A DNA stretch of 64,000 nucleotides, from NCBI GenBank assembly GCA_965112155.1, contig OZ218114.1; one strand, 5' to 3'. A model generated the notes under the pieces. It was not told the DNA's origin. It was given only the letters and a program-made list of their open reading frames with translations, and ran no database searches. The translations under genes and the position numbers were made by a program. Positions 12,401 to 25,100 of this stretch are shown in pieces (the stretch's first letter is position 1; each line of letters begins with the position of its first letter). Source of the DNA: Podarcis liolepis (Eukaryota).

Positions 12401-15400
12401 AATTACAGAAATAATGCGTGTCCTAAAATGTACACCTCAGGTGTCAAAAGCCAGGACGAAGAGCCTCAGAAAATGGGGAAGTCTGAAGACAATAATGCCA
12501 AAAGATATGAGAAGGGTGGGGGAAAGCCCTTCCCAACTGACACTTTCTGCAGGAAGGGACAGCACCCAAACTGGAGTCATGACTTGTGGGGGCTATAAAG
12601 CAGTGTAGCCTACTTATTCCCCATCTCTTTTCCTTGGGCTGCCTGGCTTCTGCTCTAGCACAGACCCGTATCATAGCCCCAGCTTCTTAAGTAGGTAGGA
12701 AGCAGGCTCCCTGTTGCAATGCTGCTGCTACTGCAAAGGCTGTTCTTTCTGGAGCTTCTCTGTCAGTTAGGTTCATTGCTGCTTCATCTAATATAGAAGG
12801 TGCTGCATTTTCCTCTTGGCTCCGGAAGGAGAAACAAAAAGCCAAGGTATGTTGAGGTAATGCTTTTACATTGAAACTGATAAATCCTCTAAGTGCTGGC
12901 ACAATAAGATCCTTGTCTCATGCACCTGTTTCTCTGGTAACTTGGACTGGCTTTCTTCAGCAAATCTATGGCCTCCTTAAACATGGAGTGCTTCTGGTCT
13001 GTCTGCAAAGCTCAGCTTGGGCCATGTTGTTTTTCTAAACCCTCCCAAAGCCTTACAGACTTGCAATCTCTTTTTCCATTTCTAACTTACTTGGGGGGGT
13101 CAGCATGATATATACTCAACCATTTTGTAATCCCAATTGACTTTATTTTGCTGTTGGGTCACTCAGATAGAGTGGAGAGCCTTCTACAGTTGTCCTGTTT
13201 TAAAGCTTAAGGAACATAGCTAGATGGGTTCCACTTTTGTCTCAGTTCTAAGAAGACACAACGGTCCCTGGGAGTGATTTGAGTTTTATTGGGGGGGGGG
13301 GAATCCTGTACAAATTACCCAGATTTGCATAAGATGATTTGCATTAGAAAAAAATCAGTTGGAATCAGAAAATTTTCTGATGCCATAGAGACTAATCAAA
13401 TTCAGCATGTCTGTTTTACTTGTGTTTAGTAAGCAAAGCTAAAAATGTTGAAACTGTCAATCTTGCCTAATGTTTTGTTCGCAGTTGGCATCTGTTCATT
13501 GTTAATAGTGAACTTATGAAACGGAAGAGTTTCTGTGGAAAAATAAAAGCACTGGGAATTTTTCCACCTTAAATCACTGGCTCCTGAGTCATCGTTCACT
13601 AGATTCCCACTGGAGATGCTTGTGGGTAGGGATGGAGGAATTGTCTCTTACAAGGGAAGGGAAGGGAAAGAAGGGAGACTCTTTTCAAGCCTGGTGACTT
13701 GAGTGGCTGCAGAAAAAGGCTTTGAGATCCAGGAGTGCAACCTCCGTATACTCAGACCATGAAGCTCTTGACTAATTAAAAGAAAATTGCAGCTTCACCC
13801 AATCCACAGCTATGTTGGCTTCATCCAAGACAGGAATTATTATATAAGGCCCCTTGAAAGTGAAATAATCTGTCACATCAGACAGAAGCTGATGAATCTC
13901 CATTTTCATATTTTGTAAAAGAGGGTGTTCGGCTCTCTAACCTACTGCTGAGTGAATGGCACATTAAACTGTTATATGTAGAGCTTAGCAGGGATGACTA
14001 CTAGAATAAGAAACCAAAATGGCAAAATCTATAAAGAGGACTAGATGTTCTTTATGGAATATATGGGAAAGTACTATAAGTAAACAATTTACCTAGCAGG
14101 ATGGGAAGATTTTCAGCAGAGTAAGAAATAATAAAGTATATAAAAGTTGTTGCGATAGACAAGGTGAACTGAAAAAACATGAGGAAAGGGGGATATAAGG
14201 AACCATGGAAGGAAAGGTTAGGTCAAGGAATGTTTTCTGGGTTGGGTTTTTTTGGAGGGGTCGTTTTGTTTTGTTTTTGGTCTATTGTCTATTTCTCACC
14301 AGCTGATCAGATAGAAGGGAACTGACATGTTTGTGATATTTTCATACATACACCACCACGGGCAGTGGGATAGTGCCATGGGGAAGCTGCTTCCCACACA
14401 GCTTGGTATAAATAAGAAGGGGGCAACTCTGGTGCACTTGTAATATGCAAGCTTAAGAGAAAGAGTCTTTCCAAAAGGATCTCTGTGAAATAAGGTCATA
14501 GTATTTAACAACCTACACCAATGAAATCATGCAAAAAATATATAATGGGGTTGTATATTACAGAGCTTAGGTGTGGGATGCTTAATGGTAAAGAAGAAAA
14601 ATATCAAACTTTCACTTTGGGATCATTTTGTACCCAGTAGAATAAGAAGAAGACTTATGCATAAAAATGATTATGTTCAAGCTGGTTGACAAGGCTCTCG
14701 AGGAAAGATTTCTATATGGTCTGGCCAAATGCTATATCATAATTTATATAACAGTTTAAATATATGCCCTTACATTGCATTATTCAATTGTTCAAACACC
14801 TACCTACCCCATTCTTAATTTAGAAAGCTGCAACTAGACTTAAGGTTCTGCTTCTTGGTGGCTGGCAATCAAAACAGAAAAGAGTTCAGTGGCTGAGCAT
14901 GGAACAGTACCGCAGGCCAGAAATTCAGTGAGATGCAGTTGTGATCCAGAATTTGTTGCTTGGAGGGATTAAGATGAGCTGCTGAAATATGAAGGCACAA
15001 AGTGTTGTTGAAGTGTTTTGAGACAGAGCTGAGAACTGGGATACCCAGATTTCATCCCTAGGTAGTCTGGAATTGCTTTGCCTTTCTGCCTCCCTCTCTT
15101 CCTCATTAAGTTGGACTCACAACAGCAGGAAATCATTGCAAAGAGTGGCTGGAGGATTACAGCCTTGGATCTTTTTGAACTGCCTCCCTTGAAGCTGGTT
15201 AGAGCCCAACTTTGGCTTTCCAGCTGTTAGTCAAGGCTGCTGTTCCTTTCAGGATGCCTGAGACTGATGTGCTTGCTTTCTAGGAAGGGGGAAGTGGAAG
15301 AATTGAAGCTTTGGTCACATGCCCAAACTTCTCTCCCTGCTTGCTTGTCCATGGATCTTTCTCCCAGCTTAGTAGCTACAAAGGCTACCCTTGTGCTTTG

Positions 15401-15987
15401 CAGAGCAGTCTCTGTTGATATTAACCAGCTGTAATTTTCGGCCAGCTCTGTAGAGGAAGCCTCAGTCCTTCCTCAGCCGAACATTGTTTACTTCTTGCAG
15501 GGAGCCCCACGTGTCCAAGGGGAGTGGCTGGCAGAGGAGATATGATGAAGCTGCTGCTCTTTGCAGTGCTGTGTGCAAAACCAGGGCCTGTGAGTGATGC
15601 GCTTTCACCACAGCAATTCTCTTTACGCAGCTCTGCTTGATTCAGCTCAGATGCAGAGGCTGCAGCTGAATTTATCTTTCATGAAATATTCTGCTTTAGA
15701 GAAATCTGCAGGCATGTTCCCTGCTTTTCTGTACACATCCTACCCCTCCCTCCTGCCAATGCTAGTAAGAGAATTTGCTGCTTGACGTAATGCTGAAAAA
15801 CAAGCCACCTCTTTGCAGTCCAGTGTTGTGAATGTTGGAAGAAAGGCAGCCAAAAAGCAGCTGTTCCTCAAGTTGCTTTTCTAGAACTGACTTCCAGCAG
15901 ATGACTCTCATCTTGAATCAGCTGTTCCTAGCTATGGCCTGTAGCACAGCTCTTCCCAGAATTAATGTTTCTTCCTATATCAAGTAC

Positions 15988-16040
<53 letters not shown>

Positions 16041-19000
16041 TGTGTGTGTCTGTGTGTGGTATGCTTGTGCATATACCCTTAGGTGGCAATGGAATGATCT
16101 GCATTCCCTGGGGAGAACAGATTGCAAGGGTGACCTGCTATAGTTTAAACATGGAGAACTGAAGGCAACACCTGTGGTTCTGGGCAAAGCCAGGGTACTC
16201 CATTTACCCCAAAAAAGTATGCTGAAGGAGTGCACACACAAAAATGAAGGCTGGTCCTCTGGATGACCTTGAGTTAAGTGATCACCATAAGCCTCCAGGC
16301 TTGATAGCTGTAAAGAGCTTGGAATACAGTGGTACCTCGGGTTAAGTACTTAATTTGTTCCAGAGGTCCGTTCTTAACCTGAAACACTTCTTAACCTGAA
16401 GCACCACTTTAGCTAATGGGGCCTCCGGCTGGCACCGCCCCGCCGGAGCACGATTTCTGTTCTCATCCTGAAGCAAAGTTCTTAACCCGAGGTACTATTT
16501 CTGGGTTTGCGGAGTCTGTAACCTGAAGCGTATGTAACCTGAGGTACCACTGTATGAGTCAAAGGCTGCCACAGGTGCCTCCTCCTCTCTTTCTTTCATT
16601 GGGGGTGTAGTTCCAGCCGTCCTCCTGTCAGACCTATCAGGCAGGAATGGCACTTCCAGTTTAGGCTATCCGGGTCCTGCTGCCATAGTGGCTTCTTTCT
16701 GCTTGAGGTAGAGGGGACCCTCCTGCCACTTCACCCTGTGTATGGTGTTCTGCTTGGAATGGTTGCCAGCGGTGAACTCTTCCCATCCAGTTTGAATCCT
16801 GCAGTTGATTCTTCCATTAAGGTTTATGGGGGAAGTAAAATGCCTGCAACTGGGACCACACATGAGCAGAGCCAGCAAGGTTTGTCAGCCGCCTTATTTG
16901 TCCCAAAGCACACCTCTTTCCATTCAGATAATTGAACAGTTGCCACTTCCTGCTTAGGGAGCTACACTTGGGGAAAGGAGGATCTTTGTCACAGTTGGTA
17001 CAGAGATTTCCCTGCTATACTGACCTTGGGTGGCCTGTCTCATTTTTGGCAGATGGCAGAAGGATATGCTGTGTTTCCCCAAAGGACCCTGCCCGGCACA
17101 GTGTCAGGCATTTTGGAAATAAACAATAGACTGATGTTGTTACTCAAGATGCCAGCAGTTATCAGTGTTTAATGTCACAGGCAAGTAGAGGAGTTCCCCC
17201 ACCCCTGAAATTTGGGAGAACTAGCACCTGCAGGATGGGATGGCTGGTGTCCTTTTAGCTTCAGGTTAAGGCCACAATAATTGGATCTAGTCTGGCATAA
17301 TAGTAACTGGCAGTCATTTAGATGCTCCTGGGAACCCACATGCAAGGAGCAGCTCCACCCCCCTCCCTCTTGATTGTTTCTCAGCATCTGGCATCCAGGG
17401 ACACAGAGGTTCCATTTTAGCCATCCTGACTAGTAGCTGTTGATAAGCCTTCCCTCCTCAATGAGTTTGTATGATCCTGTTTAGGATGTGGCCAACACCA
17501 TACCTTGTGGCTGTGAGTTTGATCATTTAGTTCTGTGCTGGTGAGCATAAGTGGTTACTGTAGAAGAGGAGTGTGGCTGCCATGTGGTCCATGCAGCAGA
17601 AGTGGCCATAGGCCGGTGATCGTCGGATAGCCTTTCCAGAGAGGGCAGCCTCTGTGTGGTGCTTTTCAGTTTCATTCATGCGTTTTCATGTCCTGCCCTT
17701 CAGTCCTAGATTTTATCCAGCATTTCCCTTGTGGCTTGTAAGACACAGTTTCATTATCATATATAGCTGAGTGCGCATTAAGAACACAAAAAAGCCCTGC
17801 AGCTGGATCAGACCAAAGGCTCATCTAGAACATCAATTCTCACAGGGGCCAACTAGATTCTTATGCAAAGTCCATCAGGAAGCAGGACATAAGCGCAGCA
17901 GCAGCACTCTCTTCACTCTCTTCAGCTGCCCAGACACTAGTATTCAAAAGTATGCTGATTCCTATACTGGAAGTAGTCTACAGCCATCATGACCAGTAGC
18001 CACTGATAGCCTTACATTGGTGGTACTCTAGCACCCCACCCCCACCCCGTGGGGCTTGTTACTACTTATTTTCATCCTCCACTTACCTGGGACCAAGCAA
18101 TCAGCATTGCTGTAGATATTTCTAGTCTATTAAACTGCCTCTCTCTCTCTTTTGCAGGATGAGCAGTTCATAGGCTTTGGTTCAGATGATGAGGCCAAAG
18201 GACAAAGTCCCACCAAATCTCCCACAGGTATGTTCAGTTTGCTACTGTCTTGTCAGGTTCATGGGAGTTTTTTCTTAAAACGGTCTACATGGGCCTGTTC
18301 TGAAGACTGCACTAGTGCTGCAAACCGTTGAGGTAACACATGTTATCTCTCTCCACCTTATCGGTAGGGATGTGACTAAGCTCTGCTACAGGGATGGGGG
18401 GGCCTTTGGATTGCAAGGATTGATGGGTTGAGTACTTAAATAGGTGTCAAATCAAGTGCATATTGTATAATACCTCTCATTTGTCTTTAACATGAGCAAC
18501 GGTTTAAAATTAAACAATGCAACAATACATAGTGGGCTTTCAATTTGGTTTATCCTGAATACTATCCTTAGTCTACATTTTTTGAAAGAAACAAGTGGAA
18601 CTGACCAACTAATCTCCAGAGCTACTAGCTTTCATGGTGGGGAAAACTTACAGTACTTTAACAGTCAACTGGAGAGAAATCCTTTTCCTGTAGCAGAAGC
18701 TATTGGTTCCAGCAGTTAACAAGCATTATATATAATGCTTGTTTAAAAACTTTTGTTTTCTTTGGTTTCAGTAGCCTATTTGCATATTGTGTGACTTTGA
18801 AACGCACACCCTTATTCCCATCTTGCAGAGAAGCTGAATGTGCACTTTCTTTCCCCTTCCTTCACTTTACCTGCAGCCTCAGCCAAGCCTAGCGCACGCA
18901 AACCTCGTGGGAGACCCCGAAACAGCTCAGACCGAAGTTCAGTTGTGCTCTCAGAGTCCTCACCTGTGTATTCACCTTCAAGCAAACCAGAACCCATCTC

Positions 19001-21996
19001 CATGGAAAAATTAAAGAGGAAAGAATTGAAAAGTGCAGAAAAGCGACGAGGGAGGCCTCCTGCACTTAGCAGTGTGAAGTTCAAGATCACCCGCAAAGAG
19101 GTCATTCCAGATGCTCAGAAAGGAGGCAAGGAGGAAAAAGAGAATCTAAAGAAAATAAAGCGAGCGCCTTCCACTACATTTCAGCATGCTGCAAAAATTA
19201 AGAAACTAAGAGCAGGAAAACTCTCTCCACTGAAGTCTAAATTCAAATCTGGAAAGCTCCAGATTGGAAGAAAAGGGGTTCAGATTGTACGCAGGAGAGG
19301 AAGGCCACCATCTTCTGATCGCTTGAAGACCGCACCGGCTCTAGTTGTGAGTTCTCCGTTAGAGAAGGCCCAGAAGGTGCGAAAGGAGAAAGATGGAGTC
19401 TCGCCCCTGTCGAAGGATGAGAAGCCAGCTGTGAGGCAGAGCCCCCGCAGGCCTGTGAGGATCATCCCTTCCTCCAAGAGGACGGATGCCACGATTGCCA
19501 AGCAACTCTTGCAGAGGGCTAAAAAGGGGGCCCAGAAGAAGATTGAGAAAGAAGCAGCAAAGCTTCAAGGCCGGAAGGGGAGGACGCAGCTCAAAAACAT
19601 CCGGCAGTTCATCATGCCAGTGGTGAGTGCGATCTCTTCGCGGATCATTAAAACTCCCAAGCGCTTCATTGAAGATGAAGACTATGATCCACCAATCAAA
19701 ATAGCCCGTCCGGAATCCACACCAAATAGCCGCTTCAGTGCTCCCTCTTGTGGGTCCAGTGAGAAGTCCAGCGGCGCCTCTCAGCACTCCTCTCAAGTGT
19801 CTTCAGATTCCTCACGGTCCAGCAGTCCCAGTGTTGACACGTCCACAGATTCTCAGGCCTCTGAAGAGATGCAGGCCTTATCTGAAGAACGCAGCAATAC
19901 TCCAGAAGTTCACCCTCCGTTGCCCACATCCCCTTCCCCTGATAACGAGAGTGGCGAGAGGAGGAGGAGGAGGTTTTCTATGGCAGAGAGAAATTTTGTG
20001 CCCAAAGCAGCTAAAAAACTGCCCAGCCTCCAAAGTGTGTCCCAGCAGCAGCAGTCATCGTCTTCCTCTCCTCCTCCACCGCTTCTCACCCCGCCGCCAC
20101 CGCTCCAGCCAGCTGCCGGCATTTCAGACCATGCCCCTTGGCTTATGCCCCCCACCATCCCTTTGGCATCGCCCTTTCTGCCCTCCTCAGCTGCTCCCAT
20201 GCAAGAAAAGCGAAAGTCGATTCTTCGAGAGCCAACATTCCGTTGGACCTCTCTAAAGCACTCTCGGTCCGAACCCCAGTACTTTTCCTCAGCCAAGTAT
20301 GCCAAAGAAGGTCTCATCCGCAAGCCCATCTTTGATAACTTCAGGCCTCCTCCGCTGACCCCTGAGGATGTTGGCTTTGCCTCTGGTTTTTCAACGCCTG
20401 GAGCTGCAGCTCCAGCCCGCTTGTTTTCTCCTCTTCACTCTGGAACAAGATTCGACCTACACAAAAGGAGCCCCTTGCTACGAGCTCCAAGGTTCACCCC
20501 AAGTGAGGCCCACTCACGCATCTTTGAGTCAGTAACTTTGCCTTCTTCTGTTAGTCGATCGGCAGCAGGAAGCACTTCAGCAGCATCCTCTTCGAAGAAG
20601 CGGAAGAAGAGAGGGTTCAGCCCAATTCGATCAGAACCCAGATCTCCTTCGCACTCCATGAGGACGAGAAGTGGAAGACTAAGCACCTCTGACCTGTCCA
20701 CTCTCACTCCATCCTCATCAGTTTCTTCCTCGCTGACAAGCATTCCTGTGGGTTCCCTTACCACCAGTGCCTTAAACTCCACTTTTACTTTTCCTTCCCA
20801 TTCTCTCTCCCATCCTGGGGAGTCGGCAGAGAAAAGCCAGAGACCGAGGAAGCAGGCAAGCATTCCGGCTGAGCCTTTCTCATCCGGGAGCCCCACTCCC
20901 CTCTTTCCATGGTTCACACCAAGTCCCCAAACGGAGAGGGGCAAGAACAGAGACAAAGCCTCCAGTGAGGAACCATCCAAAGATAAAGAAAGTGACAAAG
21001 GTCTTGAGAAGGAGAAGAGCAGAGAGAGGGATAGAGAGAGGGAGAAAGAGAATAAGCGGGAGTCCAGGAAAGAGAAAAGGAAAAAGGCTCCAGAGATTCA
21101 GAGCAGCTCAACTTTGTTCCCACTGACTCGAGTTTCCAAAGGAAAAGTTGTCCGTGAAGATGTAGCCATTTCCTCTTCTGCCAAAAAAACTGCAGGCCGG
21201 AAGAAATTGGCGGCTGCTGATCCAGCAGCAGATGTGCCTGCTGTGGTTCTTGTAGACTCAGCAGCAGCCATCATCAAGACCAAACTGCCCAAGAAAGGCC
21301 GAGGGGGGTTAGAGAAATCCAGTCTGGAACTTGGATTGGCTGCTCCTTCCATGGAAAAGGAAGAATCCCTGCGTCTCCCAGCTGCTGCTTCAGTCAACAT
21401 TGTGAAACATTCCTCCATCAGCTCAGTGCTGGCTCATGCAGACAAACTTCCAATGACTGACAAGAGGGTGGCCAGCCTCCTCAAGAAAGCAAAAGCCCAG
21501 CTGTATAAGATTGAGAAGAGCAAGTCCCTGAAGCAGGTGGATCAGCCAAAAGGACAGGTATTTACCCCCAAAGTAGTGGTTTGAAAAAGAGGTAGCACAT
21601 GAAGGGAAATAACTATGACAATAGAAGGCCATGCAGTGCCTGGCTGGCACCGTGAGGGGGAGGCCAAAGCTCTTGACATAAGTGGCCTGAGTAGGTGCAG
21701 CGTCTCAGGTTTCTAGGTCCCTGTAAGCAAACCAGAGCGTGACCTCAGATCATCATTTAGCTGCCTCTGCTTTGGAGCCCCAGTTCCCACTGAGGTGTCT
21801 TTTTGAAGCTTCCTGTTGCCTTGATCTCATGTCTTGCCCATCCCAAGGGAAAGCAATGGCTCCTTTTTGAATTACTGGTGAGAGTTTTCTCACTGCAGTC
21901 TTTTACCTTCATGCTGTATTGTTTTTAACATTCGATTGGGAGCCGCCCAGAGTGGCTGTGGAAACTCAGCCAGATGGGCGGGGTATAAATAATAAC

Positions 21997-22051
<55 letters not shown>

Positions 22052-22100
22052 TGCTTCCACTTACCTTTTACCAAAGACAATCTCAACCCACCCTGGCCAG

Positions 22101-22131
<31 letters not shown>

Positions 22132-25100
22132 AATACACAACAGCCGAGGGATGCATGGCAGTTACCAGATGTCTCCCCAAAGCTGTTGCACTTTTCTAAC
22201 AGGTGTAGGATTTGGTGGGCTTTTGGTCACGCATGAGGTGCATAACTAGCTGTTTGATGCATTTTATGTAATAATTGTTCCTTTCTTTGCAAGTCTTAGC
22301 CTTAGTTAAGTATTTTTACACTTAAAAGTTTACTGTTCATTGGGGGGGGGGACTACTTCTGATTTCTGCTGTGTCTTCCATTTGAAAACACATTTAGAGA
22401 AGGTTCAGAGATCTTTAACCTTCTGCTGGACAAACTGCTTTTACTTTTGAACTTGAATCGCTCCCTGTGGGATGGTTGATTGTGTCTTAACAGCCTTTTC
22501 CTGTGTTCTTGCCCTGCTTGGAATTTAGGGTCAAGAGAGTGATTCTTCAGAGACCTCTGTGCGTGGGCCACGCATAAAGCATGTTTGCAGAAGGGCAGCT
22601 GTAGCACTAGGCCGCAAGCGAGCCGTCTTTCCAGATGACATGCCCACTCTGAGTGCCTTACCATGGGAAGAACGAGAGAAGATACTGTCTTCCATGGGGA
22701 ATGATGGTAAGTGTCTGAATTTATGCTGTTTTCTCCAAGGGTGCATCAGTGGCAAGGGAAGGTATGCGAGGCTGTAGGATGAAGGAGTTGTGTTTCTAGG
22801 AAATCTGGATGGGCCCCGCTGTGAAGCTGTTCTGAGAAACCAGCGATGGCCAGCAAAGTCTGTTCTGTTGAGGACTCACTTCTCCTTTATTGATTGCTGA
22901 ATTAATAGCTGGTCTTTCATTTCACAGACAAGTCCTCAGTTGCAGGTTCAGAAGATGCCGAGCCCCTTGCACCTCCCATCAAACCTATCAAGCCAGTTAC
23001 CAGAAACAAGGCCCCCCAGGAGCCCCCTGTGAAGAAAGGCCGGCGGTCAAGGCGCTGTGGGCAGTGCCCAGGCTGCCAGGTCCCAGAGGACTGTGGTGTC
23101 TGCACAAATTGCCTGGATAAGCCAAAGTTTGGTGGGCGGAACATCAAGAAGCAGTGCTGCAAGTAAGTGTGTGGGTGTGAAGCCCACCCCTGCCCTCCCG
23201 TTGCTCTGGGAATAAGGCCCTCCGTTGTTGGTTTATGGTGCTTCTACCCTGTTTCCTATAAAATATTTAGCCAGAGGAAGATCCTTTCACTTGCATCAAA
23301 GAAGAGCTAAGGAGCAGAAGACTAGTGACTTTGTCATCCTCTGAGCTTGGCTGCTGCCTTTCCTTCCTCTTGGAGTTCAAAGTGGCAGTTGGGGGCTCTC
23401 AAGAGAGTGGCAGGGAAATGGACAGGGTTGGGTGGGGCAGTGGAGAGATCTACCTCCTCTTTTCTTCAGACTTTTCAGGTTTTGGGTTGACCCTGCTGTG
23501 TATTCTGCTGAACGTGAAAACTAAAGTGTAGTGTGGAGAGTTGATCCCTTGGGTGAATATGTGCCACAGCATGCTTCCTCTGAGCAGCCTTCCTCACAGT
23601 GGCTTGGCCAAACCTCAGGGCAAGGTTTCAGATCTTAAACAAAGAGGGAGAACAGTTATCTTCTTCGCATCTTGAAAGTAAGGCCTTTTGAAGATGCTTC
23701 AAAAGTAGTTGCTTTTCAGCATAGCAGAAAGGCTGACATAGCAGAGTTGGTGTTGCTGGGGTGATCTTTCTCATCCTTTTAGCCAGATTGGTCTGCCATT
23801 GATCTCGAACTTTGGCATGGCTCCAAAGCAGATATCTTTCCACTTGAGATGCAGCAGCCTGCAACATGCCTGGGAATCCAAAGGCTTGTTTGTGACGGGT
23901 GATGCATCTTGCCATCTCCTTCCTTTATTCCCCCCTAGGATGAGGAAGTGTCAGAATTTGCAGTGGATGCCATCAAAAGCCTATCTCCAGAAGCAAGCCA
24001 AAGGTAGGTGCCTTTTTTTCCTTATTTCTATTGCGATGGGGAGAGAAAGGCATAGTTAACAGCTGCAGAGTCTTTGCTTCAGCCTCGGCTCCATCTAGGC
24101 AGTGTGGGCAGGCTGGCGTATCCTCCTTAGGCACCACCCTCCCCTCTGGCCGTCGGTCACTTGGGAGAGGCCGGTGCCATAGGCTGCGCTATCGGTCACT
24201 GCATCTGAGGTGCTGCTTTTGCTTTACAGCTGTGAAAAAGAAAGAGAAGAAATCCAAGTCCAGTGAAAAGAAAGAGATCCATGCTGGGAAGAGCCAGCCA
24301 GAGGCTGGACAGAAAGCAGCTGCTCCTCAGCTCACCTTGGCGAAAGAGGATCATGCCTCCAAAAGGGGCAGTGAACCTGCCCGGAAGCCCAGTGAGGAGA
24401 AGAGTGAGGAGGGCCCACCACCACTGACTCCGCCTCCCCCAGACACCAAGCAGGCCCCTCCCCCTGCAGCCCGGAAGGCTGGCAAGCAGCAGGCACCGCC
24501 CCCCACACAGGTGCCTCCCACCCCACCGCCTAGTACAGGCCCACCAAAAAAGGAAGCCCCCAAAACCATCCCTGCTGAGCCCAAGAAGAAGGCAGCTCCA
24601 CCACCAGAAGTGGGTAGGTATTCAATTGCAACAAAGGTAGTTGCCTCTGCAAAGTCAAGCAGCCCACCTCTGGACTCCATGGAAGAGATGTGACCACATC
24701 TTCTGTACTAATTGGGCTCTTAAGTGGGTCAGGAAAGAGCAGCCTTGGACACACCTGGGCAGGTTAGCAAGTGTGTGGCGAGCTGCAGGAAATCCTATAG
24801 TGCCCACTCCTCCCTAACAAATTGGAATTGCTAGTTCACTGTGTTTTGTTTTCAGCTTTCCACAACAGCATCTTAAGAAGTTGCTGTTGTCTCCTTAAGT
24901 CCCCAAATTCTGTTTGACTGCTAGAAGCAACTCTTGGCTTTTAACAAACTGCATTTGTACTTTTCCTAGGGATCGAGCAAAGCAGACAGAAGAAAATAAC
25001 TCCTCGTCCAAGCTTACCAGTGAAACAGAAGCCAAAAGAAAAGGTAACCTGCAAGTTGCTCTATGTCTCCAGTGAACAGAAAGAGCTTTCTTCATAGTTG

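Noticed and set aside
18812-21650. Antisense and alternate-frame ORFs over KMT2A exon 3 (similarly over exon 27)
   Set aside because: Shadow ORFs of long Ser/Pro-rich coding exons.
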